Below are positions 23,826 to 38,138 of a stretch of 64,000 nt of DNA, in pieces. Location: NCBI GenBank assembly GCA_951406725.2, contig OX597814.1, forward strand, positions 46,376,001 through 46,440,000, in the 5' to 3' direction. The position numbers and the translations under genes are program-made. Below the pieces are notes generated by a model. It was not told the DNA's origin, did no database searches, and was given only the letters and a program-made list of their open reading frames with translations. Positions within the stretch are counted from its first letter, which is position 1, and each line of letters begins with the position of its first letter. The DNA is from Octopus vulgaris (taxonomy: Eukaryota).

Positions 23826-25461
23826 TCCCAGAGCATCCACGAATTTGTTATATCTTGTATGGTTGTTTGTGGGAGTGTTACATTTTGGAATTGTAGTGTA
23901 TGTTTGTGTTTGAAGTATTCTTGAGGTCATTTCTGCATATATTTTTGGATGTTTGGAAGACTGATATCTTTATCTAATTCTTGTGATCTACTATCATGCT
24001 TTTCTTTGATTTATCTGTATTTTCTTAATGTGGTTTTGTTTCTATTATGGATTTTTCTCAGTGGTGTTTTACTCATAATCATTAAACCAGTTGTTGTTTT
24101 TCCCATATTCTTATAGATTTTCTCCTCTTCTTGTTTGGTGTCTTCTTTCCATAATTGCTGCAGTTTTTCTGGGTTACATTTTAACAAGAAGAGACAGAGA
24201 TGTTTATCAGAGTGCAGACATTTTTGTTTGAGTCCTTGATATATGCATCTGGAAGGTTTACCTCATAAATCACCTTATAGGTCAACATGACATGTTCTAG
24301 ATATTTGTGCTCAGGTTGTTTGGTACATGTTTTTACCACTTCTTATCTGTTTTCATATCAACACGTGGGTATATGCCCTACTGGACTACCTGCCAACATG
24401 CTTGAGTCTGTGAATATAATTGTACTTACTAAGAAATTATGTTTCTAGAAATTATGTGATCAAGCATCTCAATGCATTAATCACACAATCTCCCATTGTT
24501 ATTAGCATAATTTTTCATTCTTTTATTTTGTAATCATATGTAACCAGGTCACTGGTGCAGTGCAGCTAAAATCAGGTCCTTCTGTCTCTGCTTTTAGTCC
24601 AGAGCTTTTGAGCCATTGATGGCTTTCATTTCAGTTTACTTCCTTTCTGTTTAGTCTTGGGAGATATTGTTCTTGTTTTTCTTCTTATTTTACTTTGGCA
24701 TATTTTGAAATCCTGTTTCGATTTTCTTGTGTCTTTGTAACTTTTCTATTGTTTCTTCTTTAACTGTAGTTAGTTTCTTGTTTGTACTTTAGTGTTTCCT
24801 TATATATAGAGAGAAACATTTTTTGTTGTCTTCATCTTTCCTTATTACACTGATGTTATTTTGTCATATTTTTTATATTCACGTCAAACCATATTCTCCC
24901 TGTGTCTGTGATAGGCATATTCTATATCAGTTGTGGGATGGTGGCTTTAGAATGCTGTTAGTGAGTTTTTGCTTTTTTTTTGTCTCTAATCTTTTCAATT
25001 CACTTAGCTTCCAGTTATGTTAAGCTGTAGTTTAAAACTAGAATGTATTGAATATTTATAACTACTATCTTATTTCTAACACTGAATTTAGCTTTTGTAA
25101 TTAGTCTGACTCTTCTGAAGTACTCTTTCCTAACTTTATTCATTTCTCTGGATTATTTATTAATTTTTTTTTTAGTTTCATCTACTGCTAAGTACTTGCA
25201 TGAATAGTTCTGGTTTAATTCTCTGATTTTGCTCTGTGTGTGTGTGTACATATAGAACTAGTTTTAATTAAGGCTGCAATGCTTTGTTAGTATTTAGGCT
25301 GCTTTACTTAAGTGGTGTATTTCATATTCATGAAAGGTAACCACTTCAAGTTATAGTAAGGGTTTATTTTTCTCTTTTTGCTGACTTCTATAATAGTTCA
25401 AGTCACTAGAAGCCCTTCTTTACATTACTATTATTCTTACATCCTTTGTCATCTGAAAGAA

Positions 25462-26205
25462 ATTATTATTATTTTGCTAGTGCATGCTAATTTAGTTAGC
25501 AGGTATTTTATTTTGAGGCTTGGTGACAAGTCTCCTCTTATCTCATGAATCTTTCTTAGGATCCTTGCAGAGTACAGGATGGTACTTTTCTGCAGATGGA
25601 CAATGTGAGTTTCAATTCCAATTTCTTTCAGTCTTTTAGGTAGTATTTTGGGTGCTGTGCCAAGCATACCAAATGCTACATGAATAATTGCTGTCTTAGT
25701 CTTCCATAGCCTTCTCAGCATTCTGGCAAGATCCTAAAATTTCTTGATTTTTTCCTATTTCTTTGTATCAACTCTATTATCATAGGAAATTGCAAAATCT
25801 ATAATCTTGCATTTTGTTTACTTTGTCTTCTATAATCATGTCTGGTCTTCTTGCTTCAATAGTCTTTATGGTGTAGTCCTACAAAATCTTGTAATTCTAA
25901 TTTCTTTATGACAGCCTCTGGTTTGTGTTCACATCACTTTACTGTTGTTTTGAAGCCATACACTCAGCCAACATTCTAAAGCACTCTTTTGCTTACACAG
26001 TCATGACTATGCTTATACTCCTTTTGTGCTAGTATACTGCACCCACTCAAAATGTGATGGATACTTTTGTCTCCTTTTCTGAAAATTCTATATTTGCCAT
26101 CTGACTAAGTTTTGTCAATCTTTGCCTTTATCAGATTTGTTCTAAGGGCTTGTTCTTGAGTGGCTATAATTAGCATTTCTGTTTCTTGTTTCAAATTCCT
26201 GTCCA
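25462..26205 (-). mobile_element. Dong/R4 (RLE) LINE 3' part
   Basis: ETEMLIIATQEQALRTN, HILSGCSILAQKEYKH, LQKSTILYSARILRK; ends in (TAA)n. Confidence 0.8.
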
Positions 26206-26760
26206 TCAACCAAAACCAGTAATCTTCACTTTCAACATTCTTTGTCTAGTGGCTGTAGCGAAAGAGGTGGTATGGTGAACCCATTTGAAAGGGCTAAAGT
26301 CAGACACTTTCCTCTTTGGCCAAGGCCTCATCAACTTTTTCAAGTTCCACTTGGAAAGGAAGATAGAGTAGAGAGGGAAGTACTGTCTCGTGGCAAATTT
26401 ATTGAAAGGTGGGTGAATGTCGGAAGAATGGCCAGTATGAACGGACCAATTCTGAGGATACACCTGTAAAAAAAAGTAATATAAAAGGAGAAAGGGGTTC
26501 TCTACCCCCTTTTTGACCAAGCTCCTGTGGCTTTTATGGGTTTTTCCACATGTAACCTTTTGAAGCGCCTCCCCCTATTGGGAGTTTTTACTTGTTATAT
26601 TTTCGTTGTTATCTTGCATTTTTACACGGACTTTACAAACATACAAAACCCTTTTTGTAACTTTCATCCTGTATTTTGTCCTTACATGTTTTATTTGATT
26701 TTTGTTAGCCCTTGTGAGCCCTTGTGGCCAATAAACGAATTAATTATTATTATTATTATT
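26206..26760 (+). mobile_element. L1/Tx1-clade LINE 3' end
   Basis: AVAKEVVW...LINFFKFHL...REVLSRGKFIERWVNV, then a T-rich 3' UTR, AATAAA and an (ATT)n tail. Confidence 0.6.
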
Positions 26761-26761
26761 A

Positions 26762-26975
26762 AGGTAGCAAACTGGCAAAATTATTATCACGCTAGATGAA
26801 ATGCTTTTTGGCATGTCGTCCATTTTTACATTCTGAGTTCATATTCTACCAAAGATGACTTTGCCTTTCATCCTTTTGGTGTTGATGAAATAAGTATCAG
26901 TTGAGCACTGGAGTTGATGTAATTGATAAACTCCCTCCCCACAAAATTTCAAGCCTTCCTATAGAAGAAAGAGTT
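26762..26975 (+). mobile_element. tRNA-derived SINE with Meta/Nin-type central domain
   Basis: B-box-like GAGTTCATATTC and GCCTTTCATCCTTTTGGTGTTGATGAAATAAGTATCAG. Related copies at 29390-29575, 30140-30320 and 37540-37710. Confidence 0.65.
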
Positions 26976-26989
26976 ATTATTATTATTCA

Positions 26990-27270
26990 GTAGTCTTATT
27001 TTTATCACATGCTTTCACTGTTCTACCAAGCACAGCTCTGGGTGTTTTGGGTACATGCTGTGGTGTGTTGTAATGCTCTCATTTTTACTGTATAGAAAGT
27101 GTTTTACATAGGATGTGTGCAGTGCCTAGTAGTGCTATTTTTTGTATGCTATATATACTTGTAAATCCTGGTGTTTTTGTTATGTGTCTGAATATTTTTT
27201 TATCATACCTAATGCATCTACTATGATAGGAATTGCTTCTATTTTTAAACTCCTCATTCAAGTTACCTCT
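26990..27270 (-). mobile_element. Dong/R4 extreme 3' end
   Basis: IQKIALLGTAHILCKTLSIQ* followed by 3' UTR and (TAA)n. Near-duplicate at 29105-29340. Confidence 0.75.
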
Positions 27271-27284
27271 ATTTCTAGGTCTTT

Positions 27285-29097
27285 TATTGTTGTTGTTGTT
27301 CATTGAAGATATTGTGTCTAACCGAGAGTTTGTATAGTCTGTCAAATCACAACAAGGACCTTAGATTTACGTAATATATGTGCAATACCAAGTAATGCCG
27401 ATATTTGTAATACACCTAGATTGTAGGTTATTTCTAAAGTTTCCAGATATTTCTTCAGCTTGGTTAGTATTAAAGCCAATGCTCTGATGACAACAGGGAC
27501 AACCTTTATGTTTGACTTTTGTAGCTACCACACCTTGGCAATTTCAATTCTCAGGTCACTGTATTTATCAATCTTTTCTCTCTCTTTCATGATAATATGT
27601 TGATCTCCGGGCACTGCTCCGTCGATTATTAGGCACTCTTGTTTGTCCATCCTAAAGGTTACTATATCTGGCCTTCGGTGCTCTAACATCTTGTCTGTCT
27701 GGAAGTCAAAGTCCCAGAGCATTTTTGCCTTCCCTATTTCCTCCATTACTTTTCCAGTGTATGTTGGTACCAAGCACCTGTTACCTCATATCCATATTAC
27801 CAGCATAGCAGCCTGTGAAGGTTTTGGGTCACCTTGTCATGTCTGTGCTTGTACTTTTTTTGCATAAGACTTTCACAAGCATTAAAAATGTGATTCATGC
27901 TTTTGACCCTTTTCCCACACATTCTCCAGAGCTCCGTTGCACTTGTGTGGTATATATCCCTTTTCAATGAGTTGGTATTCAATGCCTGACCCTGGGCAGC
28001 AATGATTTGGCTTTCAGTATTCTTTTTTTAGGTCGCCCTTGCAGAGCCATCTCCATGATGCTTCTTTTAAGTTGTTAGTTTCATGGTGGAACATGTAATT
28101 CCATATGGAGTAGAATTTCTTCTCACTCGTTGGTGATCCGTGATCAGAATTCATTAGCACTCTCAAGTCCATTTTTGGTAAATCCTTCTGCATTGGCAGC
28201 ATACTGTAGCAGGTCTTGTTTGCTGTTTACCAAATATTCTGCACTCCCATATGCTAATCAGCTCATGTCCACCTTTACACCTCTTCATGTAGAATCTGTG
28301 TATGTTCATCTTAGAGTGGAAGATATCATGGATTGTCATTGTCTTTCAGGTAATGCGATCGATATTGGTTAATCTCCTCTTGTGTCCATTTCAGGATGGG
28401 TGCTCTATAGTGGACTACAGCAACAGCCCATATGCTGATGGCAGTCACAAGGTTCCTTGAGTTGAGCTTTGATTTCAAGAGAAGTTTGAGATGCTTCAAG
28501 TATACTGTGATGACCTTGACCTTCATTTCTCTGTGCAAGATATTGTCCAACTCCAGGATCCCAAGGCCTTGTACCGATTATCATCCAGATCTTCCATTCT
28601 CCCTCCATTTGGCAATTTTATGTCCCTATAATCTGCTCATTTCCTCTGTTTCAAAGTGAGCACTGCACACTTCAAAATACTGAATTCCATTGCTATATCC
28701 TTGCTGCACATCTGCACAATCTCAGTAAGCCTCTCCATTTTAGGATCTGTTTTTGCAAACAGTTTTCAATCATCCATGAAGAGAAGGTGGTTGAGACATA
28801 GCCCCATTCTTTCTCAGCCCATAGTGCATGTTGACTTTGCATAGCACTACAGAAAGTAGGATCAAGATTATAACAAATAACAAAGATGAACAAGAGTCTC
28901 CCTGGAAGATACCAGTTTTGATTGTTGCCTTGGCTAAGCGCTGGTTGTTACAGAAAAGACATGTTTTTCAACTAAGCATGCTGTTCTTAATCAGTGCACT
29001 CAAGTGTTTCCAAAATCCACAAATGCAGCAATGTTGTAAGCCTTTTCAAAGTGTATCCATGAATGTGGCAACATGTCGTAAGCCTTTTTAAAGTCTA
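27285..29097 (-). mobile_element. Dong/R4 LINE: RT, CCHC and restriction-like endonuclease, degenerate
   Basis: GIFQGDSCSS, HLLFMDD, KLLLKSKLNSRNLVTAI, WRMCGKRVKSMNHIFNAC...YKHRHDKV, HRRPDIV...IIDGAVPGD...EREKIDKYSDL. Confidence 0.9.
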
Positions 29098-29104
29098 TAT
29101 TATT

Positions 29105-29339
29105 ATTATTATTCAGTAGTTTTATTTTTATAGCATGCTTTCACTTCACAACCGAGCTCAGCTCTGTGTGCCTTTGGTATGTGCTGTGATTTGTTGTGAT
29201 GCACTGATGGTTACTGTATTGAAAGTGTTTTGCGTAGGATGTGTGCAGTGCCCAGTAGTGCAATTTTCTGTATGTTATATGTGTTTGTAAGTCCTGGTGT
29301 TTTTGTTATGTATTTGTCTGAATATTTTTTTATCATACC

Positions 29340-29340
<1 letters not shown>
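29105..29340 (-). mobile_element. Dong/R4 extreme 3' end between (TAA)n tracts
   Basis: IQKIALLGTAHILRKTL; (ATT)n on both sides. Confidence 0.75.
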
Positions 29341-29389
<49 letters not shown>

Positions 29390-29391
<2 letters not shown>

Positions 29392-29575
29392 GAACCATTA
29401 GCACACTTGGCAAAATGCTTAGTGGCATTTCATCCGTCTTTATGTTCAGAGTTCAAATTCTGTTACAGCCAACTTTACCTTTCATCCTTTTAGGGTCAAT
29501 AAAATAAGTAACAGTTGAGCACTGGGGCTGATGTCCTTCCCTTGAAATTGCTGGCCTTGCACCAAAATTTGAAAT
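29390..29575 (+). mobile_element. Meta/Nin-type SINE copy
   Basis: GAGTTCAAATTC B box and CCTTTCATCCTTTTAGGGTCAATAAAATAAGTA. Confidence 0.65.
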
Positions 29576-30786
29576 CATTATTGTTGGTGTTGTTATTTAT
29601 GGTGTATAAAACTAATTTAATAAGTATGACAAAATAGTTTTGCTGCTTTCTTTGTAATTTATAAAATTCAAATTATCTTTTCAGTTGACATCATTATAAA
29701 AAAGGTACTTTCTACAGAATGGAATCAGATGCCAAATGTCTGTTGTTTCCTAATTATGGCTTATTGCTAGGCTTCAAAAGCATTACAGAACGGTAGTAGA
29801 GTAATTATTATAAAAAGTGTCATGTCACTAAACACTAGTTCTTTGGTTTGATTGATGCCACATTCCCAGCAGAAAAACTTAATTCCCTCCGGGCATTCTT
29901 TTAACTGTATTTAGAACTTCTAGAATTAAACAAAAATTTTTTCCTAGCAGAATATGAAGAAGACATTGTAAGGGAGAGGTGTCAGAATTTTTCAACTAGC
30001 CAATTAGAAGAGGAAGAGAGCTGCTGTTAATAGCAGAACAGAAAGAGAAAAAAAAAAAAAGACATAAAGAGTCAAACATCCTGTGTAAATATAGTACTCA
30101 AACTGAAGTTTTACTTTTTCATTTATTATTAGTTTCTATGAGAGCGGTGAGTTGGCAGTATCATTAGAGCACTGGCCAATATGCCTTACAGTTTTTGTTC
30201 AGGTTCTCTATGTTATGAGTTCAAATCCTCTTGAGGTCAACTTTTATCTTTCATCCCTCTAGAGTCAATAAAATAAAATACAAGCAGATTGACTTAACTG
30301 ACTAATTCTCTCCACCTATTGACAGCTAAATTAGTGATTATTAGTTCTTATGTAATTAACCTTGTAAACAATAATTTGCTGAAAGTATCTCACTATAAAA
30401 AATAAATTTGTTATTCCACATACATAAACGTAATGTGACCTTAATCCATAAAGTTGTTAATTTATTTCACATCACAAATGAAGAAACAAATAGTCCATGC
30501 CTTTACTTCATAAGATTCAGCTTACCAAATTTCTCTTCTTTTTCATCAGTCTGTAGGATTAGTAAATATAGAATTGTCCTTTTCTTTGTAATATTCAAAC
30601 GTGTAAGCATTTTGATAATTTTAGATATATTATAATATTATTTATTTGATTGCCAATTCATAATTGAAAGTATGTTCTTATTGCATATTTCTATAGTCAT
30701 CAAACTGATTTAATATATCACACCAAAAATAAATTTTGGATTGCTAACACTACAGCATCCAATGAAAGTATACATTAGTTACTGTA

Positions 30787-31652
30787 TGAGGTCTGATCAA
30801 TAAATATCCGGACTGTTGCCATAGTAATGAAGCTAAAGCACACAGAGTGAAGTGGCTTGGCAAAGATTGACCGTGAACTCTGCTGTGCATGCACACTAAG
30901 TTTTAAAGCTCTAGCTCACTTTTGCTGTTTACAGCAGTGCTTGGTGACCATCGCATTGACCATGACAGTGAAAGTTGTCATGGCAATACCTGCTCAGAGG
31001 CCTATACAAAATTGCAGAAAGTGTACAGAGAGGAGTGTATGAGCTGCACACAAGTGTATGGGTGTTTCAGACATTTCCAAAATGGCCAAAAAAATGTCGA
31101 TATTGATGAATGTTCTGGGAGACTCGCAACCAGTAGAACTGAGAAAAAGATGTGTGTGCGGCTCTGAGAGGGAATCATTGAATGACCATCCATGATTCAT
31201 TAGAGGATGTACAGATTATTTACAGTTCAGTTCAGTCCATTATCACTGAGGATTTGGGTATGAGTTGTGTGTTTGCCAAGTTCATGCCAAAACTGCTTTC
31301 AGCTAACCAAAAAGACACTTGGGTTCAGCTGTACAAGATCGCCTTGATTGTGTTGAGAATGATAAAAACTTTTTCAAAACTTTGCATAGGACTCTGAGCA
31401 GGTATCACCAAGCTTTTAGTAAAATTTGATGCAGATTCTCTGCTCAACTTTCTCTGCCATGGTCAATGCGATGATCACATGCTACACACCTCCCTTCTAA
31501 GCATTGCTCTAAACAGCAGAAGTAAGCTAGACTGTTAAAACTTAGTGTGCATGCACAACAGAGTTCAAGGTCAATCTATGCCAAACAGCTTCACACTCTG
31601 TGCTTGCTTCTTTACTATGGCAATAGTGCGGATACTTATTGATCAGACTATG
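30787..31652 (+). mobile_element. internally deleted mariner transposon
   Basis: TA flanks and ~120-bp imperfect TIRs (GAGGTCTGATCAATAAATATCCG... / ...GCGGATACTTATTGATCAGAC). Transposase HTH remnants KLQKVYREECMSCTQVY, DECSGR and AKFMPKLLS (WVP-motif region); no DDD domain. Confidence 0.88.
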
Positions 31653-32599
31653 TAGAAGCAGAAATAAAGTTAACAAGAAACAAACATAAAACTTTGTGTT
31701 TTGAAATAAATAAACTATGTGATAAATGCAGACACACTAGGACAGGTCTATTCCATGGTTAAAGATACATAGTGCACTTTTATGAGATGCAATGGGTGGG
31801 AAGTAGTGTACTAGATCAGCCATAAGCAAACTTTAATCTACACAGGATTTCCAAAATGGCACACCTTTTGAAAAATGACCTTGAATTTTTTTAATAGTGT
31901 GGCTTGCCTGATGATGAGCCATGTCTCATGTGGCTAGCTTCTTGAAAAAGGCTGCCCATAACTGTACTAGATATTAGACCACAAGATTATGAATTCACAT
32001 TTTGCTTCAAATATTGTTTTAGAATGACAAAGCATATTATTCTATTAGATTCTGACTGTCTTCCTTCATGGTTAAATAATTGCATTTAGGAAGGATGTCA
32101 GGTTATATAAACAATCATTTCACAGTTGTTTTCAATAATCTTTAAACCAAAAATGTTCTTGATTTATCTTTAATGTTTTTATGTAGTTACTTCCTTAATG
32201 GTTAATCTGATACTGCCCTATTGACATATTTATGTGCATAAAACAAGTGCATGCAGTGATACAAATGGGACAAGAAAAAAGCATACAGGCATAAAAATAT
32301 ATTTCTTGCTCCAGTTTATAGCCTTTCAATATTTAATGATGAGTTTTAACAAACAGATTTTTACACTTATATTTTTAAGGTTAGAATTAATAACTTTCTC
32401 TAACAAGCCATTTCTCTAACAAGTCTTGGATAACCTTCAAAATGTAATTAAACTTACAAATGGAAGTAGAACGTTTTGATAACTTTAGCAAGTTCATCTA
32501 AGGTGTAGAGACATCTTGGAGAGATGTCAACATTTAGAGCAGCACGAAGATAGTCAAAGTTGCAGCTGGAACTCACAGTAGGCTTGACACAGTAATTAT

Positions 32600-32940
32600 T
32601 ATCATTGCCATCGTCATCGTTGTTGTTGTCGTCATCGTCATCATCATCATCGTCGTCATCATCGTCGTCATCGTCATCATCATCATCATCATCATCGTTT
32701 AACGTCCGTTTTCCATGCTGGCACGGATTGGACGGTTTGGCAGGAGTTGGCAAGGCCAGGGGTCGCACCAAGCTACATTGTCTGTTCTGACATAGTTTCT
32801 TCGACTGGCTGCCCTTCCTAATGCCAACCACTTCACAGAGAGTACTGGATGCTTTTTTTTTTGTGTGTGACACCATCATCAGCGCTTTTTTTACGTGACA
32901 TCACTATCAATGCTTTTTACGTGGAACCATCACTAGCGTT
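32600..32940 (-). mobile_element. RTE 3' end with expanded (CAT/CGT)n tail
   Basis: GTTTAACGTCCGTTTTCCATGCTGGCA...CCCTTCCTAATGCCAACCAC. Confidence 0.8.
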
Positions 32941-35900
32941 TGTTTTGTTTTTTTAAATAATTTATAAACAAACTTCTGCAAGGTAATTTATCTGTACACA
33001 ATTCAATACATACATAAACATATGTAGTCCTACTATGAAAAATTGTTTTGGGCTGAAACCCAAGTTAACGAAAATACATGAATAAGGATTTGACTGTCAT
33101 AATATTGAAGTCTTATTAAATTCTCGTCCGATTCAGTATATTTGTCATGTGCTTTCTGAAGTAGGCAATAAAAACCTTATAAACAAACTGTTATCTACAT
33201 AATACTGTGGTAATTAGACAAACATTAACAGAAATTAATTATGCCTTTCCTAACAGAAAATGACATAATATGTATTTATTATGTGAACATGTAAAGGAAA
33301 CTGAAAATTGTGATAATGTTCCCCTCATTACTGGCACTTATTAACTTGAGAAAAATAAAAAGGCCACATATAGAATGAGATATTCGAAAATAAAAAAAAA
33401 TGTTAAAAGATACTCTTCGGAATTAAAATCATGACAAAGATTTTCAAAATCCCCTTTTTGCGATAGATGGAGATTGCCTGAAGTAAATAAGGGAGAAGGA
33501 GAGAGAAGACAGCAGAAGGAACAGCATAAAAAAAAAAACATGAAATGGGAGAGAGAGAAAGAGAACGAAGCAGAAAAGAGCAAGAGAGAGGAGGAGAAAG
33601 AGAGAGAGAGCGAGCGAGCGAGAGGAAGAGTGAGAGAAAGCGGAAGGGACAGAGAGAGAGCGAGAGAGAAAGAAGAATATGTATAGAGACAACAAATATG
33701 GAAAGCTAGAGAACTGGAGGCTAAGGGAGAAAGAGAGAGGGAGTGAGAACAGAGACAGAAAGAAAGAGAAAGGGAAGAAAATATAGTGTGAAAATGTCTA
33801 TATTTCAGTGGAGGTTAAACTCGAAAAATTAGAGAGAACAGATGAATGCTGGAAATAGCATAAAGAATGTTACAAAATAAACATCGTAATATAAACGTTT
33901 AAATACAATTTTTATCTGAAATAATGTATAAAAAACTAAAGATGCATTTAAGACTGCATCTCTGAGGGCAGGTTTATTAAAATTAGATTTTAGAAAAAAT
34001 TATGCCATTTAATTTCTGTGACCCAGGTCATGTTTTCATACATGGTTTAACGAGCAGTGCGAGACTGTCACCATCACCCACCCTCCTGCTTATCACCATC
34101 ATTACCCCAATCGTCATCATCATCATCACCACAATATTCGTTAAACCATTATTATCACCACTAGCTCCACTACCACCATCACCACCACAATCATCATAAT
34201 AATCATCAACATCATCATCATTATAATTGTCGTCATCGACCATCTCATCATCATTTTTTCGTTATTCTGCTTCATTTATGTTCTAGATTTTTATAAAAAA
34301 TTTTCTTTTTGTATATATTCGGATTTTTTTTTTTCATGCTAAATTTTTAAGGGTACCAATGTCTCAGACGTAACTGTGTGGTGAAAATTATGATTGAATA
34401 AAAAAAGAGATGCTGGCGATGATGCTGATGATAATGACGAAGACGACGACGACGACGATGACGAGGTGGATGAGGAGGAGACTGATGATTAAGAGTAAAG
34501 CAAATATGGTAGCTGCTGCTTCTGTTCGGCACTGCTGCTGCTAGAATCTCAATTATCTCAGCTAAAAGCTCGTTTCTCCTCTGTATTATGGCGACAAGTA
34601 GCAGCAGTCGATGACAGTAGAGCACTACCAGTAGTCAACATTGTTCTCACAGGGCCCCATGATCAGTTTAATGCTTTCTAAATCAACTTACATGACATAT
34701 GCTACCTGCTTCACTATCTCGGATTAGTCGTATTACTTTGACACTTCAGCAAAACCGGGAATTTGTAGAGACACATCCAGTGTTCACTGGTGTGTTATTT
34801 CCCTGACCTTTTATTTCACGATGTCTATTGTTCAGCCGCCAAGTTCATTTCACAAAGTTATGTAAACAACAGTATTATTTCTGTATGAATCTGTGACCAA
34901 GCCGATCTGTTGTATTATTTAATTTTTCCGTGCAGAATACAACAGCTGGCCAAACGTCTCCACTGTACATAGTTACTCTTGCTCCATCAACATCATGATG
35001 GAAACATAACACTATGATGATTAAAGGTAAGTGTTATTCTGGCTTTTCTATTGCATCTCGTTATTTTTATTCGTATAATGGCATCACTCAGCAGTAATAT
35101 TTAGGTGGAGTATTTTTTAGAAATTCATTACATTTAATTGTCTGTCTAGCAACATATAATTCTGTATGCATAAATTCTTACATATAAATAGCTAATATAC
35201 ATAATCTGCCTAAGGGTAAATAACGCAATTGATGTAAAGTGTCCATAAAGTGAGGGTCAATTCTACAATTATACATTTAAGTGAAAAGATCCCCCATTTT
35301 TTCAAAGAGTTTCTAGCTTCCATTGCACATCTCTTCATCTTTTACCATGGTACCTAAATTTTGCTTAAATATACTGTCAGCTAAATATTTCCTCAGGGTT
35401 TGCCTGTGCAGATGACGTTACTTACTTATCATCGAAGGTGATAGTGCAATAATAATGTCTTTATTGAAAAACAAAATCACTAAAATCTTTACAGTACGTA
35501 TATATATATATATTTTTCTTTTCTAAGTGATTTGCATGTTGGCTATTGCATGATGATGCCACCATGCCTTTGTGTGAGTGTGTCTTTGGTTCTCTGTCTC
35601 TGAGTACCTGAATCTTGGTGTATGTGTGTGTGTGAATCTCTGAGTGATATCATATCAGTTCGATAGCTACAGCACGTTGGTTTATTTAATTTTTTAACAC
35701 ATACACACACACACACACATACATGTATATATTATCCGAAGACGACTCTCGGATTTATGTTTTCTAAAAACGATTATATATATATATATATAATACATGG
35801 TCTCTTATATATATATATATATATATAGTAAATAAGAGATATGAGAAAGTGTTATGGACCCACCTACACATATACATAGAAAGTGACAGTGCAAACAAAT

Positions 35901-37116
35901 TCTCATATTTTCAAAATGAACGGACTTAATTTGTCAATCGATTAACTAATTAATCAATTGTTAATTGCTTGAATGAAAGACATGCTAAAATGTCTAATAG
36001 ACGAAGGAATAGCTGCTAGACATTTCTGAGACAGTTATATGTAATTCTGGCGCCTAGATTCGATGAAGGTGTCGAACGAGATATTAAATATCTTTAATCG
36101 CATGGATGTTTGAAGGTAAGTTATCGTTATATCCCTGCCCACCCCGAACAAAGACAAACAAATGTATGTCTTATATTCATCTACATTGACTCCATTTGAT
36201 GTATAATTTTAAAGAATCTATTGTCGAAAAGGAATTTAGTCGTACCTTATTTTGTTTGGAGACGGTGCCAGCTTACCAAGTGAGTTTTGTTTTCTGGTGC
36301 ATATTTCCTTTTAACCATTTTTTGAAATAGATTTCTTTTTTTTTTTTCATTGTGATTCGCACGATCTTTTAATCTTGTTAATATTTAATGATACTTAAAC
36401 ACAGGCACAAGGCAATATATTTAGTAGGATGAAATAGTTGATTAAATCGAAGTCTGTACTTGACGGATATTATTTTATTGAAGTTTCCATTTAAAACCAT
36501 TACGATTATATTAAACATTTATAGATGTAACGTCAATGAATGTTTTTTCTCTTTTTTTCTTTTGTCGGTGACAAACCAAATTCTCTGGCTCCAATCAGTT
36601 TCATTGAGAATTAACGTAGATGAGTATTTTTATTTAATGACCATAACAAAGCAACTGTTTTGGTGATCACTTCCTCAATATAATACATACATATGGGTTT
36701 CTCTTGCGGAAATTATTTTATTTCGATATATTTTGGTACGACTTTTTTTTTTTTTTTAATTAAGGTATGATCGCAAATCTTATAGGTTCATCTATATTGT
36801 CTAAGCATAATATTTATTTAATAATTCATTAAAGAGGAAAATATAATGAGGCTTTAATTCTGGTATTATTCGGCTTAGATAGGACTTTAACATCTTTCAC
36901 TTGCCACAACATCCCATTCTTCTTCGAAATTCCTAAGTTCTTTAGATCAGTTTCTTCTAATGTTTCATATATATATATATACACGTAAATATATATACAA
37001 TATATATATATACACGTAAATATATATACAATATATATATATATACACGTAAATATATATACAATATATATACACATTAATATATATCATACATATATAT
37101 ATACATAATATACAAA

Positions 37117-37255
37117 GAGGAATTATGTATATTTACAATTAACGGGCATATGGAGTATTGGTATTGGTTAAGAGCGCGGGATACTAACCCCACGATTACG
37201 AGTTCGATTCCAGGCAGTGACCTTAATAACGATGATGATGATGATAATAATAATA
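37117..37255 (+). mobile_element. second locus of the tRNA-headed SINE (head plus inverted 3'-end fragment)
   Basis: GGTTAAGAGCGCGGGATACTAACCCCACGATTACGAGTTCGATTCCAGGCAGTGACC matches 17490-17560. It is preceded by GAGGAATTATGTATATTTACA, which matches 15546-15570. Confidence 0.75.
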
Positions 37256-37280
37256 TATGTGTATATATATATATAGTTTA

Positions 37281-37311
<31 letters not shown>

Positions 37312-37334
37312 TGTGTTTTCATGTTTGGATTAAC

Positions 37335-37415
<81 letters not shown>

Positions 37416-37999
37416 CACACACATACTTGACTGATTTTCTGTAGAATGGTTTTATACCATTCCTTTGTCTTTTTGTTTTCTAATCTGGCATCCTTTAAAA
37501 GTACTTTATACTTTCAGTTTAGTACTTTGGTTACACAATTCATGCACTTTTCAAATAGATGATCAAATTCTCTCGGGATCGACTTTCGTCTTTCTTTCTC
37601 TCTTTTTTTTTTTTTAACAATTTCATAAAAATAAAATAACAGTCAAGTACTAGTTAATTATAATCAACTGTCTCCTCGTCTTCAAAATTTGTGGCCTTGT
37701 GCCTGTGTCAGCAGAGATCCTTAATAAAAAAAACGATATTTTACTTATATTAACAGTTACAAATTGTGAGGGTATCTCGTATAGTTTACTCGATTGCCAT
37801 AGAAGGCCACCTTAATACTCACTGATGTGACATGTCGGTTTACAGTATTGTAGTAAGAGTTAGATAAGCTGATAAATACTTTTTTATGAGTATGTGCCGG
37901 AGAAACTTGCGTTTAATCTCTGTTCCCATTATTCTCTAAGGATAATTTTTGTATGTGCATTGATAATTAATTGCTAACTTAGAAAACGATGTGTCATTG

Positions 38000-38065
<66 letters not shown>

Positions 38066-38104
38066 ACACACATTCTCTCTCTCTAGACGTTTGATATTAA
38101 TGTA

Positions 38105-38135
<31 letters not shown>

Positions 38136-38138
38136 TAT

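Noticed and set aside
32454-32879. 141-aa ORF with poly-Asp
   Set aside because: Mostly RTE 3' UTR and (GAT)n tail. The unique part has a donor-like site but no recognisable homology.
35990-36045. Possible hammerhead remnant (AATAGACGAAGG...TCTGAGACAG)
   Set aside because: Too many core mismatches to support.
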